Shown here: positions 9,620 through 25,810 of the stretch, in pieces | Layout: every line of letters starts with the position of its first letter | How positions within the stretch are numbered: the stretch's first letter is position 1 | Source: Williopsis jadinii | Taxonomy: Eukaryota | Assembly: GCA_024346625.1 (NCBI GenBank) | Contig: AP024664.1 | Coordinates: forward strand, 2,232,001 to 2,296,000 | Length of the DNA: 64,000 nt | Direction: 5' to 3' | Translations under genes and position numbers: made by a program | The notes under the pieces: generated by a model | Seen by the model: the letters and a program-made list of their open reading frames with translations, nothing else | The model's database searches: none | What the model was told of the DNA's origin: nothing

Positions 9620-12540
9620 GGTGTGTAGTGAGTGTCCATTGGGGGCCTGGGTGTCCAGCGGGCGGTCATTTGGTGATGATTCAGGAGTGAACCAGCGGTG
9701 AGTTGATGTCCACGGGTGGCCAGCGGGCCTCCAGGGGACCTCCAGGGGGCCTCTAGGGGATGGATCGTGGTCTCTAAGGTGGGTCTAGCATGTTTACAGT
9801 ACATAGATGTGTGGAAGATGTCCATTGGGTGTCTGATTGTTTACTCGGGGTCCATTTGGTGTTGATTCAGGGGTGAGTTGATGTCCATGGATGTCCAGGG
9901 ATGTCCACGGGATGTCCAGCGGGCGTCCATAGGCCTCTAGGGGCGTCCGGTGGCTATATCGTGGTCTCCAGGGTCTGTCCAGGGTATTCCCAGCATGTAG
10001 TTGTGTAGAAGATGTCCATTGGGTGTCTGATTGTTTACTCCGTGTCCACTTGGTGATGATTCAGCGGCAGCGAGCGTTGAGGGGGCCTCTAGGGGCCTCC
10101 AACGGGAGCCTGGTGGATGGATCGTGGTCTCCAGTGTGTTCCCAGCTTGTAGATGTCCATTGCATGTCCATAAGTGTTTGGTTGTTGACCCGCTGTCCAT
10201 TTGGTGTTGATTCAGGGGCGAGATGATGTTCACGGGGCATCCACAGACCTCTAGCAAGAGCCTGGTGGATGTATCGTGGTCTCCAGCGTCTGTCCAGGGT
10301 ATTCCCAGTGTGTAGATGTCCATTGAGTGTCCATTGGTGGCCTTGTTGTTTACACGGTGTCCACTTGATGATGATTCAGCGGCAAGCGAACGTTGATGGA
10401 GCGTCCAACAAGCCTCTAGGGACCTCCAGCGGGAGCCTAGTCGATGCCTAGACATCCTTAGGTGGTCTCCAGCATCTTCCCTGTTTGTAGTTGTCCATTG
10501 AATGTCCATTGGTGGCCTTGTTGTTGACACGGTGTCCACTTGGTGTTGATTCAGCGGCAAGCGAACGTCGACGAGGTGGCCACCAGGCATCCACAGACCT
10601 CTAGCAAGAGCCTGGTGGGTGGATTGTGGTCGCCAGGGTTGGTCTAGAGTATTTCCAGTGTGTTGATGTCCATTGAATGTCCAATAGATGGCTTGTTGTT
10701 TACCCGCCGCCCACTCGGTGATGTTTCAGCGGCGAGTTGATGTCCACAGTATGTCCACGGGGCAACCATAAGCCTCTAGCGACAGCCTGGTGGATGTATC
10801 ACGGTCTCTAGCGTCTGTCCAGCGTATTCCCAGCAAGTAGATGTCCAATTGGTGTCCATTGGTGGCCTTGTTGTTGACACGGTGTCCACTTGATGATGAT
10901 TCAGCGGCAAGCGAACGTTGATGGGGCCTTCACGCGGCAAACATAAGCCTCTAGCGAACGTCCAGTGGATGGACCGTGGTCTCCAGTGTCTGTTTGGCAT
11001 GTTCCCAGTACGTTGATGTCCAATTGGTGTCCATTGGTGGCCTTGTTGTTTACACGGTGTCCACTTGGTGTTGATTCAGCGGCGAGAAAACGTCGACGAG
11101 GTGGCCACCAGGCATCCCCAGACCTCTAGCGATAGCCTGGTGGATGTATCGTGGTCTCCAGTGTCTGTTTGGCATGTGTCCAGTGTGTAGGTATCCATTG
11201 AATGTCCATTGGTGGCCTTGTTGTTTACCCGCTGTCCATTTGGTGTTGATTCAGGGGCGAGAAAACGTCGCCGGCGTTGCCACCAGGCATCCGCAGGCCT
11301 CTAGCGATAGCCTGGTGGATGGACCGTGGCCTCCAGTGTCTGTTTGGCATGTGTCCAGCATGTAGATGTGTGGAAGATGTCCATTGGTGGCCTTGTTGTT
11401 TACACGGTGTCCACTTGATGATGATTCAGCGGCGAGAAAACGTCGACGTGGTGGCCACCAGGCATCCACAGACCTCTAGCGACAGCCTGGTGGATGTATC
11501 GTGGTCTCTAGCGTCTGTCCAAGGTATTCCCAGTGCGTTGATGTCCATTGAATGTCCAATAGATGGCTTGTTGTTTACCCGCCGCCCACTTGATGATGTT
11601 TCAGCGGCGAGTTGATGTCCACAGGATGTCCACCAGGCATCCACAGACCTCTAGCGATAGCCTGGTGGATGTATCGTGGTCTCTAGCGTCTGTTTGGCAT
11701 GTGTCCAGCATGTAGTTGTCCAATTGGTGTCCATCGGTGGCCTTGTTGTTTACACCGTGTCCACTTGATGATGTTTCAGCAGTGAGTTGATGTCCACAGG
11801 ATGTCCACGGGGCAACCATAAGCCTCTAGCGAACGTCTAGTCGATGTATCGTGGTCTCCAGTGTCTGTTTGGCATGTGTCCAGTGTGTAGGTATCCGTTG
11901 AATGTCCATTGGTGGCCTGATTGTTTACCCGCTGTCCATTTGGTGTTGATTCAGCGGCGAGAAAACGTCGACGGCGTTGCCACCAGGCATCCGCAGGCCT
12001 CTATCAAGAGCCTGGTGGATGTATCGTGGCCTCTAGGGATGGTCTAGCGTATTCCCAGTGTGTAGATTTCCATTGAATGTCCATTGGTCGCCTCTTTGTT
12101 TACCCCCCGCCCGCTTGATGATGTTTCAGCGGCGTGTTGATGTCCACAGGATGTTCACGGGGCAAACATAAGCCTCTAGCGAGAGCCTGGTGGGTGGAGC
12201 GTGGTCTCCAGGGTCTGTTTGGCACGTGTCCAGCATGTAGATGTGTGGAAGATGTCCATTGGTGGCCTCGTTGTTTACACGGTGTCCACTTGATGTTGTT
12301 TCAGCGGCGAGAAAACGTCGACGGGGCCTCCACGCGGCAAACATAAGCCTCTAGCGATAGCCTGGTGGATGTATCGTGGCCTCTAGGTTCTGTCCAGCAT
12401 GTTTCCAATACATAGATGTGTAGAAGATGTCCAACCAGCGCCCCTTTGTTTACCCTCTACCCCCTTGATGTTCATTCAGGGAAAAGTTTTTTTTTTTCGC
12501 AAATTCACCGGCGAGAAAACGCCCACGCGGTGGCCACCGG
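9620..12540. repeat. 175-bp satellite-like array, 17 monomers (unit 1 IGS2)
   Basis: Anchor G(A/T)TTCAG at 9678, 9864, 10058, 10209, 10373, then every 175 bp to 12473. Confidence 0.95.
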
Positions 12541-15500
12541 TTCAGGCATTAGCTCCGATCCAGGTAAAGTGGCCCCGCCAGCTTGGTGTCCAGCAGTAAA
12601 TTGGCGCAATTCGGGATCAACCACCCCCATGTGGGGCCCGGAGTTTGACACATCCTCTAATATCCGCAACACTTAAATGCTTCCAGAACTCCACACACAC
12701 ATCCTACCACAACCAAAATCACTGTTCCACGCTCACAAAATTCACGCCTTTCCAATGAGACCAAAATACCCTGGTATTTCCACCATTTGGGTTTTTCATT
12801 CCATTATTTTACTGTTAACATCTACCCAAATTTTATAATCCGAAAAAGACTCACCTATTCTCGGAGATATCCTAAATTAATATATACTATATAATCCCAT
12901 AACTCGGGAACTAGCAGAGCTTTCGAGCTATAAACACCACTACTGGATAGCTACGCTCCAGAACTTACCACTGGGTTTAAGTTGTTTCCCGGTTTATGGG
13001 TGCCCATCTCCCTGGAAAGCAAAACATGGTTTTTAGAGGGCAACCTGCATTTTCTCGGCGAACCCCGGTTTGTTCCAACTTTATCAAAAGTGGGTCTTTC
13101 ATGGCCAAACTTGGGTCATATATTCACCTTCAGGAGTAGTACCTATGGTCCAACAGCCATGGATGGGTGCACTTTGCCCATTGTTCAGGAGGTATAAGTA
13201 CAAAATTACATGCATAAATGTTGATTTTTGGGTGCCGCCGAGCAACCGGAATTAACCAGAGATGATGCAAGATGATAGTACTGTGTCAGTTACACCACCT
13301 TGGCTTATTAGATCGGTCAAATTCATCGCGCGTGGTGGTGCAATTTGCGTTTAAAGGGTGTATAAAATGGCTTTTTGGTGTAAGGATGTTTGGGTGTTTG
13401 GATGAAATGTTTGGATGTTTTGGCAGGGTGGTGGGGGCAGGTGGGGGGCATATAATTGGATATTTTGGGATGGGGGCGATATGTTTGGGGAGTTTTTGGT
13501 ATGGATCGGGAGGTTGGAGCGTGGTTTGAACCATTGGGCTTGTTGTGGTGTTTATGGCGTTTGTGCTGGGAGTGCGCTGGCTGTTACAAGTGTTGGGGTG
13601 GTCGGATCTGGCTTTCCGGGGTGTTGCCCGTTCCCGAAAAACAAAGTGGGGGCTTAACTATGGGCGCTTAACTATGGGCGCTTAACTATGGGAGATTCAC
13701 TATGAGACTTAACTATGGGATCTCTACTATGGGAGCTTCACTATAGGTGGTTAACTATGGGAGTTCCACTATAGGTGGTTAACTACGGGGATGGTAGGTG
13801 GTGTTGCCCGTTCCCGAAAAACAAACTGGGAGTTAACTATGGGCGTTAACTATGGGGTTCCACTATGAAGGTCTTTAATTTTTCCTGAAGTTATTCGCAT
13901 CCATGAAAATCTATACTTTCAAGGGGTATTTAATTTTTGTTGATGTAGTGCGCGGCCCAAAAAATCTATAGAGGTTAAACTTTGGTGAAGTTATTCGCAT
14001 CCATGAAAATCTATACTTCCAAGGGGTATTTAATTTTTGTTGATGTAGTGCGCGGCCCAAAAAATCTATAGAGGTTAAATTTTGGTGAAGTTACTCGCTT
14101 CCATGAAAATCTATACTTTCAAGGGGTATTTAATTTTTGTTGATGTAGTGCGCGGCCCAAAAAATCCATAGAGGTTAAATTTTGGTGAAGTTACTCGCTT
14201 CCATAAAAATCTATACTTCCAAGGGGTATTTAATTTTTGTTGATGTAGTGCGCGGCCCAAAAAAAATCTATAGAGGTTAAATTTTGGTGAAGTTACTCGC
14301 TTCCATAAAAATCTATACTTCCAAGGGGTATTTAATTTTTGTTGATGTAGTGCGCGGCCCAAAAAAAATCTATAGAGGTTAAATTTTGGTGATGTTATTC
14401 GCATCCATAAAAATCTATAGGGATTCCATATGGGAGTTCCATGGGGGTTCCATGGAAATCTTCAATTTTAGTGATGTGGCGCGCGATCTTGAAAATCTAA
14501 CTACAAGACTTGGTCTATATGGACTGTCTACAATAGATGTTTCCAGTAGATGCCCACCTTTTTGGTTGGGTTGCGCCCTGTTGAAAAATTCATTTGTAGG
14601 TGTTGATGTATAAAGTGTAAGAAGAACAAACCTCTCTAACAATCGACGAGAGGGTGGACTGAAAACCAAATCCATCGACGGTTGCCCTAAAATGAAAAAT
14701 TTTTCACTGTTGCTCACACCGGAAAATTTTTCCATGTTTGCGTCGCTTTTTTGTTGTGCTGCACGGACCGGAAAAATTTTTCATCTTTGCGTCCCTTTTT
14801 TGTTGTGCTGCACGGACCGAAAAATCTCACTTCCGGAACACTCTGAAACCGAATCTCAATTTCGGGACGGCCAACAACAAAATATGTGGCCTGTCCCAAA
14901 AACGCGTGGCCGAAATCTTGAAAATCCAAAATGTATGAGGCGAACCCAAAACATTGACGCAGGGTATATGCAGGCGGTAGACGGCGTTGGTATAGCTCTG
15001 AGACTACAGACGATTGAAGAATTCAAAATCCAGAAAACACAAGTCCACACCTGATCAGTCTTCCAAAGATGAAAGAGGCTCGGAGGTACTACATGTGGGA
15101 GCGTTTGGACGATTTGAAAAAGTCGTCTGGAGTGGCCCACAGGCCTTGTTGGACGGTGGTGAAGGTGCTAGTGTGGTCGCCAGACTGTGCTTGCCTTGTA
15201 CACCGTGTCGACATGGGCGGGGATGGGTTCGTTGGGCATTCGGTAAGTGAAGGGAGACTCTCCTTCCATCAACAACACCTTCTTTGCCCGTTCTGGGTTT
15301 AGGGAGAGACCATAGGGGGGGATCCTTTTTCTTTTGATGTTTTTCGGCCTACGCCTGAGCAGTCCCGTCTGGGAGTTCTTCCACGGGCGGGCACTGAGGG
15401 ATTTAGTGGACTACTAGCCTATGGCAAGTGTTGTAACTAGAATCCTGGGGGCATACCTGCCTGGATAACCGTAGCGATACGTGAGTCCAGGCGGCGTGAC

Positions 15501-15795
15501 CTCCTCTCAAGCCAGTGATGCTAAACCCGGGACGCATGAAACACGGCACTGGAGTTTAGCGGAGCCTGTGCTAGAGGAAATTTAAAGAGGGCTATATGGA
15601 TGTGTTCTGTTCCCTGCCTGGGTTCTCCAGGCTGGGGGCAAGCACCAGTAGTTCTAACGAACTACTGCTTTACCACATAATATCTTCAGGGAGAACTTCT
15701 CCCGCTGGAAACGGGGGCGGACCCGGCTCTAGGCAGCGTAGGCACACCGGCCTAGTCAGCTCCGCCTAGACGACACCCCCTAACCAAAGGATAGT

Positions 15796-16890
15796 TATCT
15801 GGTTGATCCTGCCAGTAGTCATATGCTTGTCTCAAAGATTAAGCCATGCATGTCTAAGTATAAGCAATTTATACAGTGAAACTGCGAATGGCTCATTAAA
15901 TCAGTTATAGTTTATTTGATAGTACCTTACTACTTGGATAACCGTGGTAATTCTAGAGCTAATACATGCTAAAAACCCCGACTGCTTGGGAGGGGTGTAT
16001 TTATTAGATAAAAAATCAATGCCCTCGGGCTCTTTGATGATTCATAATAACTTGTCGAATCGCATGGCTTTACGCCGGCGATGGTTCATTCAAATTTCTG
16101 CCCTATCAACTGTCGATGGTAGGATAGTGGCCTACCATGGTGGCAACGGGTAACGGGGAATAAGGGTTCGATTCCGGAGAGGGAGCCTGAGAAACGGCTA
16201 CCACATCCAAGGAAGGCAGCAGGCGCGCAAATTACCCAATCCTAATTCAGGGAGGTAGTGACAATAAATAACGATACAGGGCCCTTCTGGGTCTTGTAAT
16301 TGGAATGAGTACAATGTAAATACCTTAACGAGGAACAATTGGAGGGCAAGTCTGGTGCCAGCAGCCGCGGTAATTCCAGCTCCAATAGCGTATATTAAAG
16401 TTGTTGCAGTTAAAAAGCTCGTAGTTGAACTTTGGGCCTGGCAGGCCGGTCCGCTTTTTGGCGAGTACTGACCCTGCCGGGCCTTTCCTTCTGGCTACCC
16501 TCCCCTCTGGAGAGGCGAACCAGGACTTTTACTTTGAAAAAATTAGAGTGTTCAAAGCAGGCCTTTGCTCGAATATATTAGCATGGAATAATAGAATAGG
16601 ACGTTTGGTTCTATTTTGTTGGTTTCTAGGACCATCGTAATGATTAATAGGGACGGTCGGGGGCATCAGTATTCAGTTGTCAGAGGTGAAATTCTTGGAT
16701 TTACTGAAGACTAACTACTGCGAAAGCATTTGCCAAGGACGTTTTCATTAATCAAGAACGAAAGTTAGGGGATCGAAGATGATCAGATACCGTCGTAGTC
16801 TTAACCATAAACTATGCCGACTAGGGATCGGGTGTTGTTTTTATAATGACTCACTCGGCACCTTACGAGAAATCAAAGTCTTTGGGTTCT

Positions 16891-16959
<69 letters not shown>

Positions 16960-17398
16960 GCGGCTTAATTTGACTCAACACGGGGAAACTCACCAGGTCC
17001 AGACACAATAAGGATTGACAGATTGAGAGCTCTTTCTTGATTTTGTGGGTGGTGGTGCATGGCCGTTCTTAGTTGGTGGAGTGATTTGTCTGCTTAATTG
17101 CGATAACGAACGAGACCTTAACCTACTAAATAGCGCGACTAGCTTTTGCTGGTGCTGACGCTTCTTAGAGGGACTATCGATTTCAAGTCGATGGAAGTTT
17201 GAGGCAATAACAGGTCTGTGATGCCCTTAGACGTTCTGGGCCGCACGCGCGCTACACTGACGGAGCCAGCGAGTCTAGCCTTGGCCGAGAGGTCATGGGT
17301 AATCTTGTGAAACTCCGTCGTGCTGGGGATAGAGCATTGCAATTATTGCTCTTCAACGAGGAATTCCTAGTAAGCGCAAGTCATCAGCTTGCGTTGAT

Positions 17399-17444
<46 letters not shown>

Positions 17445-17528
17445 AATGGCTTAGTGAGGCTTCAGGATTGGCTTATGGCGGGAGGCGACTCCTGCCTGGA
17501 GCCGAGAATCTAGTCAAACTTGGTCATT

Positions 17529-17586
<58 letters not shown>
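15796..17586 (+). rRNA. RDN18: 18S rRNA (unit 2)
   Basis: Same termini as unit 1. Confidence 0.99.
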
Positions 17587-17727
17587 GAGAACCTGGGCCT
17601 GCGCTTCTAGCGCGGCTCCAACCAATACACAGTGTATTTTGCTTCTTTTGCTTTGGCTCTGCCAAAGGTTTTTAAACACAGAAATTTATTTTCTCTAGAA
17701 ACTAGTCAATTTGAATTTTAATCTTCA

Positions 17728-17885
17728 AAACTTTCAACAACGGATCTCTTGGTTCTCGCAACGATGAAGAACGCAGCGAAATGCGATACGTAATGTGAAT
17801 TGCAGGTTTTCGTGAATCATCGAATCTTTGAACGCATATTGCGCTCTCTGGCATTCCAGAGAGCATGCCTGTTTGAGCGTCATTT
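17728..17885 (+). rRNA. RDN58: 5.8S rRNA (unit 2)
   Basis: Same termini as unit 1. Confidence 0.99.
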
Positions 17886-18061
17886 CTCTCTCAAGATCCT
17901 CTAGGGGACTTGGTATTGAGTGATACTCTGTGTTAACTTGAAATACTCTAGGCAGAGCTCCCCCTAGAAATCCTCTGGGCCGAAATAATGTATTAGGTTC
18001 TACCAACTCGTTATTTTCCAGACAGACTTCCAGGCAGAGCTCGGCTGAACAACCTTTCTAA

Positions 18062-21447
<3,386 letters not shown>

Positions 21448-22558
21448 TGTTTCGGCAACTCTATTTTTTGCTGGCGGGTGCCAGCTGGGGATAGAGTGTC
21501 ACACAGTTGCCGTAGGCGACTGTGTATTTGTTTTGGTGACGGTAGGGTAATCTTTGGTGTGAGTGGTGTAGTTTTTGCTTTTTTGTCACGGGGTGTGTGG
21601 GTGTTGTGATGAAGATGGTCTCTGAGGTTTTATGACGGTAGGGTAACAGTTGGTGTGAGTGGTTGAATTTTTTTTAATTTTTCACCAGAGCTCCCAGGAG
21701 GAATTTTTGTTTTTCGTGAGGGGAGGGGGTTTCCACCGGCTAGGCTGGGCTGGGCTTCCAGGCTGGGCTTAAAAAAGTTAGGCGGGTGGTCAGCCTAAAA
21801 AGCTAGGCGGGTGGGATAAGCCTAGAAAGCTAGGCGGGTGGTCAGCCTAAAAAGCTAGGCGGGTGGGATAAGCCTAGAAAGCTAGGCGGGTGGTCAGCCT
21901 AAAATGCTAGGCGGGTGGTCAGCCTAAAATGCTAGGCGGGATGGGCTTAAAATGTTAGGCGGGTCCACACTGGGGCACCACAGACACCAAGTCCAAACAC
22001 TTAGGAAAGACACCCAGACCAGACCAAGACCAACCTATGGCTACACCAACAGATTCCCACAACGACAACCACGGGAAATGGGAATGTGGCCCCAAAGTGG
22101 GATTTTACCAAAACCGTTAGTATGGGGATCCCCCAGGCAGTGGGAATTTCCGGTTACGAGCGCTGGCGAGGATTTTCTAATTTTGCGAGAAGTGCGACCA
22201 TCCCTCCGCGCCTGCGCCGCTGCGGGATGGTCATAATGATTTAAAAAAACTAGGGGTATCCGGTTCCGCCCCCGTATATAGGTATATATATGTGTGTAGA
22301 TGGGTGGGTGGTGGTGGTGGTTGACGGGGGGGGAGGGGGGTTTATATAGTTTTGGGTGGTGTTGGGTGGTCACGTGGGTCACGTGAGTGGTGTGCGGGTG
22401 GTGTGTGTGGTGTAAGGGTGTGCAGTCACCGGGCGGGTCACGTGGATGGTGTTAGGGCTGGTGTAGGCCACGGCCACCAGCCGGGTAGACTACCCCTTTT
22501 GGGACACCGGGTAGACTGCCCCTTTTGGGAAGCCGGTTACCCAACTTGGGTAAAAAAA

Positions 22559-22679
22559 AGATTGCAGCACCTGAGTTTCGCGTATGGTCACCCACTACAC
22601 TACTCGATCAGGCTCTTAGCAGCTTAACTACAGTTGATCGGACGGGAAACGGTGCTTTCTGCTAGATATGGCCGCAACC
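22559..22679 (-). rRNA. RDN5: 5S rRNA (unit 2)
   Basis: Matches the unit 1 5S. Confidence 0.98.
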
Positions 22680-22890
22680 GAAATGGAAGCGCGCGGGGGA
22701 GGTTACACTGCTTACACTGCTTACACCGCTTACTAAGCAGCTTACTAAGAACCGCTTACTAAGACACCGCTTACTAAGCACGGTGTAGATGTAGCAGGTG
22801 GGTGTAGGGGTAAGGTCCAGCGGGCCCAGGGCATCCAGGGGGCTGTCTATAGCGGGAGCTATAGGGCGCGTCGTACGTGGACGTGTAGCA

Positions 22891-25810
22891 GGTGTGTAGT
22901 GAGTGTCCATTGGGGGCCTGGGTGTCCAGCGGGCGGTCATTTGGTGATGATTCAGGAGTGAACCAGCGGTGAGGTGATGTCCACGGGTGGCCAGCGGGCC
23001 TCCAGGGGACCTCCAGGGGGCCTCTAGGGGATGGATCGTGGTCTCTAAGGTGGGTCTAGCATGTTTACAGTACATAGATGTGTGGAAGATGTCCATTGGG
23101 TGTCTGATTGTTTACTCGGGGTCCATTTGGTGTTGATTCAGGGGTGAGTTGATGTCCATGGATGTCCAGGGATGTCCACGGGATGTCCAGCGGGCGTCCA
23201 TAGGCCTCTAGGGGCGTCCGGTGGCTATATCGTGGTCTCCAGGGTCTGTCCAGGGTATTCCCAGCATGTAGTTGTGTAGAAGATGTCCATTGGGTGTCTG
23301 ATTGTTTACTCCGTGTCCACTTGGTGATGATTCAGCGGCAGCGAGCGTTGAGGGGGCCTCTAGGGGCCTCCAACGGGAGCCTGGTGGATGGATCGTGGTC
23401 TCCAGTGTGTTCCCAGCTTGTAGATGTCCATTGCATGTCCAATAAGTGTTTGGTTGTTGACCCGCTGTCCATTTGGTGTTGATTCAGGGGCGAGATGATG
23501 TTCACGGGGCATCCACAGACCTCTAGCAAGAGCCTGGTGGATGTATCGTGGTCTCCAGCGTCTGTCCAGGGTATTCCCAGTGTGTAGATGTCCATTGAGT
23601 GTCCATTGGTGGCCTTGTTGTTTACACGGTGTCCACTTGATGATGATTCAGCGGCAAGCGAACGTTGATGGAGCGTCCAACAAGCCTCTAGGGACCTCCA
23701 GCGGGAGCCTAGTCGATGCCTAGACATCCTTAGGTGGTCTCCAGCATCTTCCCTGTTTGTAGTTGTCCATTGAATGTCCATTGGTGGCCTTGTTGTTGAC
23801 ACGGTGTCCACTTGGTGTTGATTCAGCGGCAAGCGAACGTCGACGAGGTGGCCACCAGGCATCCACAGACCTCTAGCAAGAGCCTGGTGGGTGGATTGTG
23901 GTCGCCAGGGTTGGTCTAGAGTATTTCCAGTGTGTTGATGTCCATTGAATGTCCAATAGATGGCTTGTTGTTTACCCGCCGCCCACTCGGTGATGTTTCA
24001 GCGGCGAGTTGATGTCCACAGTATGTCCACGGGGCAACCATAAGCCTCTAGCGACAGCCTGGTGGATGTATCACGGTCTCTGGCGTCTGTCCAGCGTATT
24101 CCCAGCAAGTAGATGTCCAATTGGTGTCCATTGGTGGCCTTGTTGTTGACACGGTGTCCACTTGATGATGATTCAGCGGCAAGCGAACGTTGATGGGGCC
24201 TTCACGCGGCAAACATAAGCCTCTAGCGAACGTCCAGTGGATGGACCGTGGTCTCCAGTGTCTGTTTGGCATGTTCCCAGTACGTTGATGTCCAATTGGT
24301 GTCCATTGGTGGCCTTGTTGTTTACACGGTGTCCACTTGGTGTTGATTCAGCGGCGAGAAAACGTCGACGAGGTGGCCACCAGGCATCCACAGACCTCTA
24401 GCGATAGCCTGGTGGATGTATCGTGGTCTCCAGTGTCTGTTTGGCATGTGTCCAGTGTGTAGGTATCCATTGAATGTCCATTGGTGGCCTTGTTGTTTAC
24501 CCGCTGTCCATTTGGTGTTGATTCAGGGGCGAGAAAACGTCGACGGCGTTGCCACCAGGCATCCGCAGGCCTCTAGCGATAGCCTGGTGGATGGACCGTG
24601 GCCTCCAGTGTCTGTTTGGCATGTGTCCAGCATGTAGATGTGTGGAAGATGTCCATTGGTGGCCTTGTTGTTTACACGGTGTCCACTTGATGATGATTCA
24701 GCGGCGAGAAAACGTCGACGTGGTGGCCACCAGGCATCCACAGACCTCTAGCGACAGCCTGGTGGATGTATCGTGGTCTCTAGCGTCTGTCCAAGGTATT
24801 CCCAGTGCGTTGATGTCCATTGAATGTCCAATAGATGGCTTGTTGTTTACCCGCCGCCCACTTGATGATGTTTCAGCGGCGAGTTGATGTCCACAGGATG
24901 TCCACCAGGCATCCACAGACCTCTAGCGATAGCCTGGTGGATGTATCGTGGTCTCTAGCGTCTGTTTGGCATGTGTCCAGCATGTAGTTGTCCAATTGGT
25001 GTCCATCGGTGGCCTTGTTGTTTACACCGTGTCCACTTGATGATGTTTCAGCAGTGAGTTGATGTCCACAGGATGTCCACGGGGCAACCATAAGCCTCTA
25101 GCGAACGTCTAGTCGATGTATCGTGGTCTCCAGTGTCTGTTTGGCATGTGTCCAGTGTGTAGGTATCCGTTGAATGTCCATTGGTGGCCTGATTGTTTAC
25201 CCGCTGTCCATTTGGTGTTGATTCAGCGGCGAGAAAACGTCGACGGCGTTGCCACCAGGCATCCGCAGGCCTCTATCAAGAGCCTGGTGGATGTATCGTG
25301 GCCTCTAGGGATGGTCTAGCGTATTCCCAGTGTGTAGATTTCCATTGAATGTCCATTGGTCGCCTCTTTGTTTACCCCCCGCCCGCTTGATGATGTTTCA
25401 GCGGCGTGTTGATGTCCACAGGATGTTCACGGGGCAAACATAAGCCTCTAGCGAGAGCCTGGTGGGTGGAGCGTGGTCTCCAGTGTCTGTTTGGCACGTG
25501 TCCAGCATGTAGATGTGTGGAAGATGTCCATTGGTGGCCTCGTTGTTTACACGGTGTCCACTTGATGTTGTTTCAGCGGCGAGAAAACGTCGACGGGGCC
25601 TCCACGCGGCAAACATAAGCCTCTAGCGATAGCCTGGTGGATGTATCGTGGCCTCTAGGTTCTGTCCAGCATGTTTCCAATACATAGATGTGTAGAAGAT
25701 GTCCAACCAGCGCCCCTTTGTTTACCCTCTACCCCCTTGATGTTCATTCAGGGAAAAGTTTTTTTTTCGCAAATTCAGCGGCGAGAAAACGCCCACGCGG
25801 TGGCCACCGG
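22891..25810. repeat. 175-bp array, 17 monomers (unit 2)
   Basis: Colinear with unit 1. Confidence 0.95.

Noticed and set aside
9620..12540. CRISPR array or repeat-protein gene in the 175-bp array
   Set aside because: Whole monomers are homologous with no unique spacers, there are no cas genes and the context is eukaryotic. The period of 175 is not a multiple of 3, so the recurring 72-aa ORFs are repeat artefacts.
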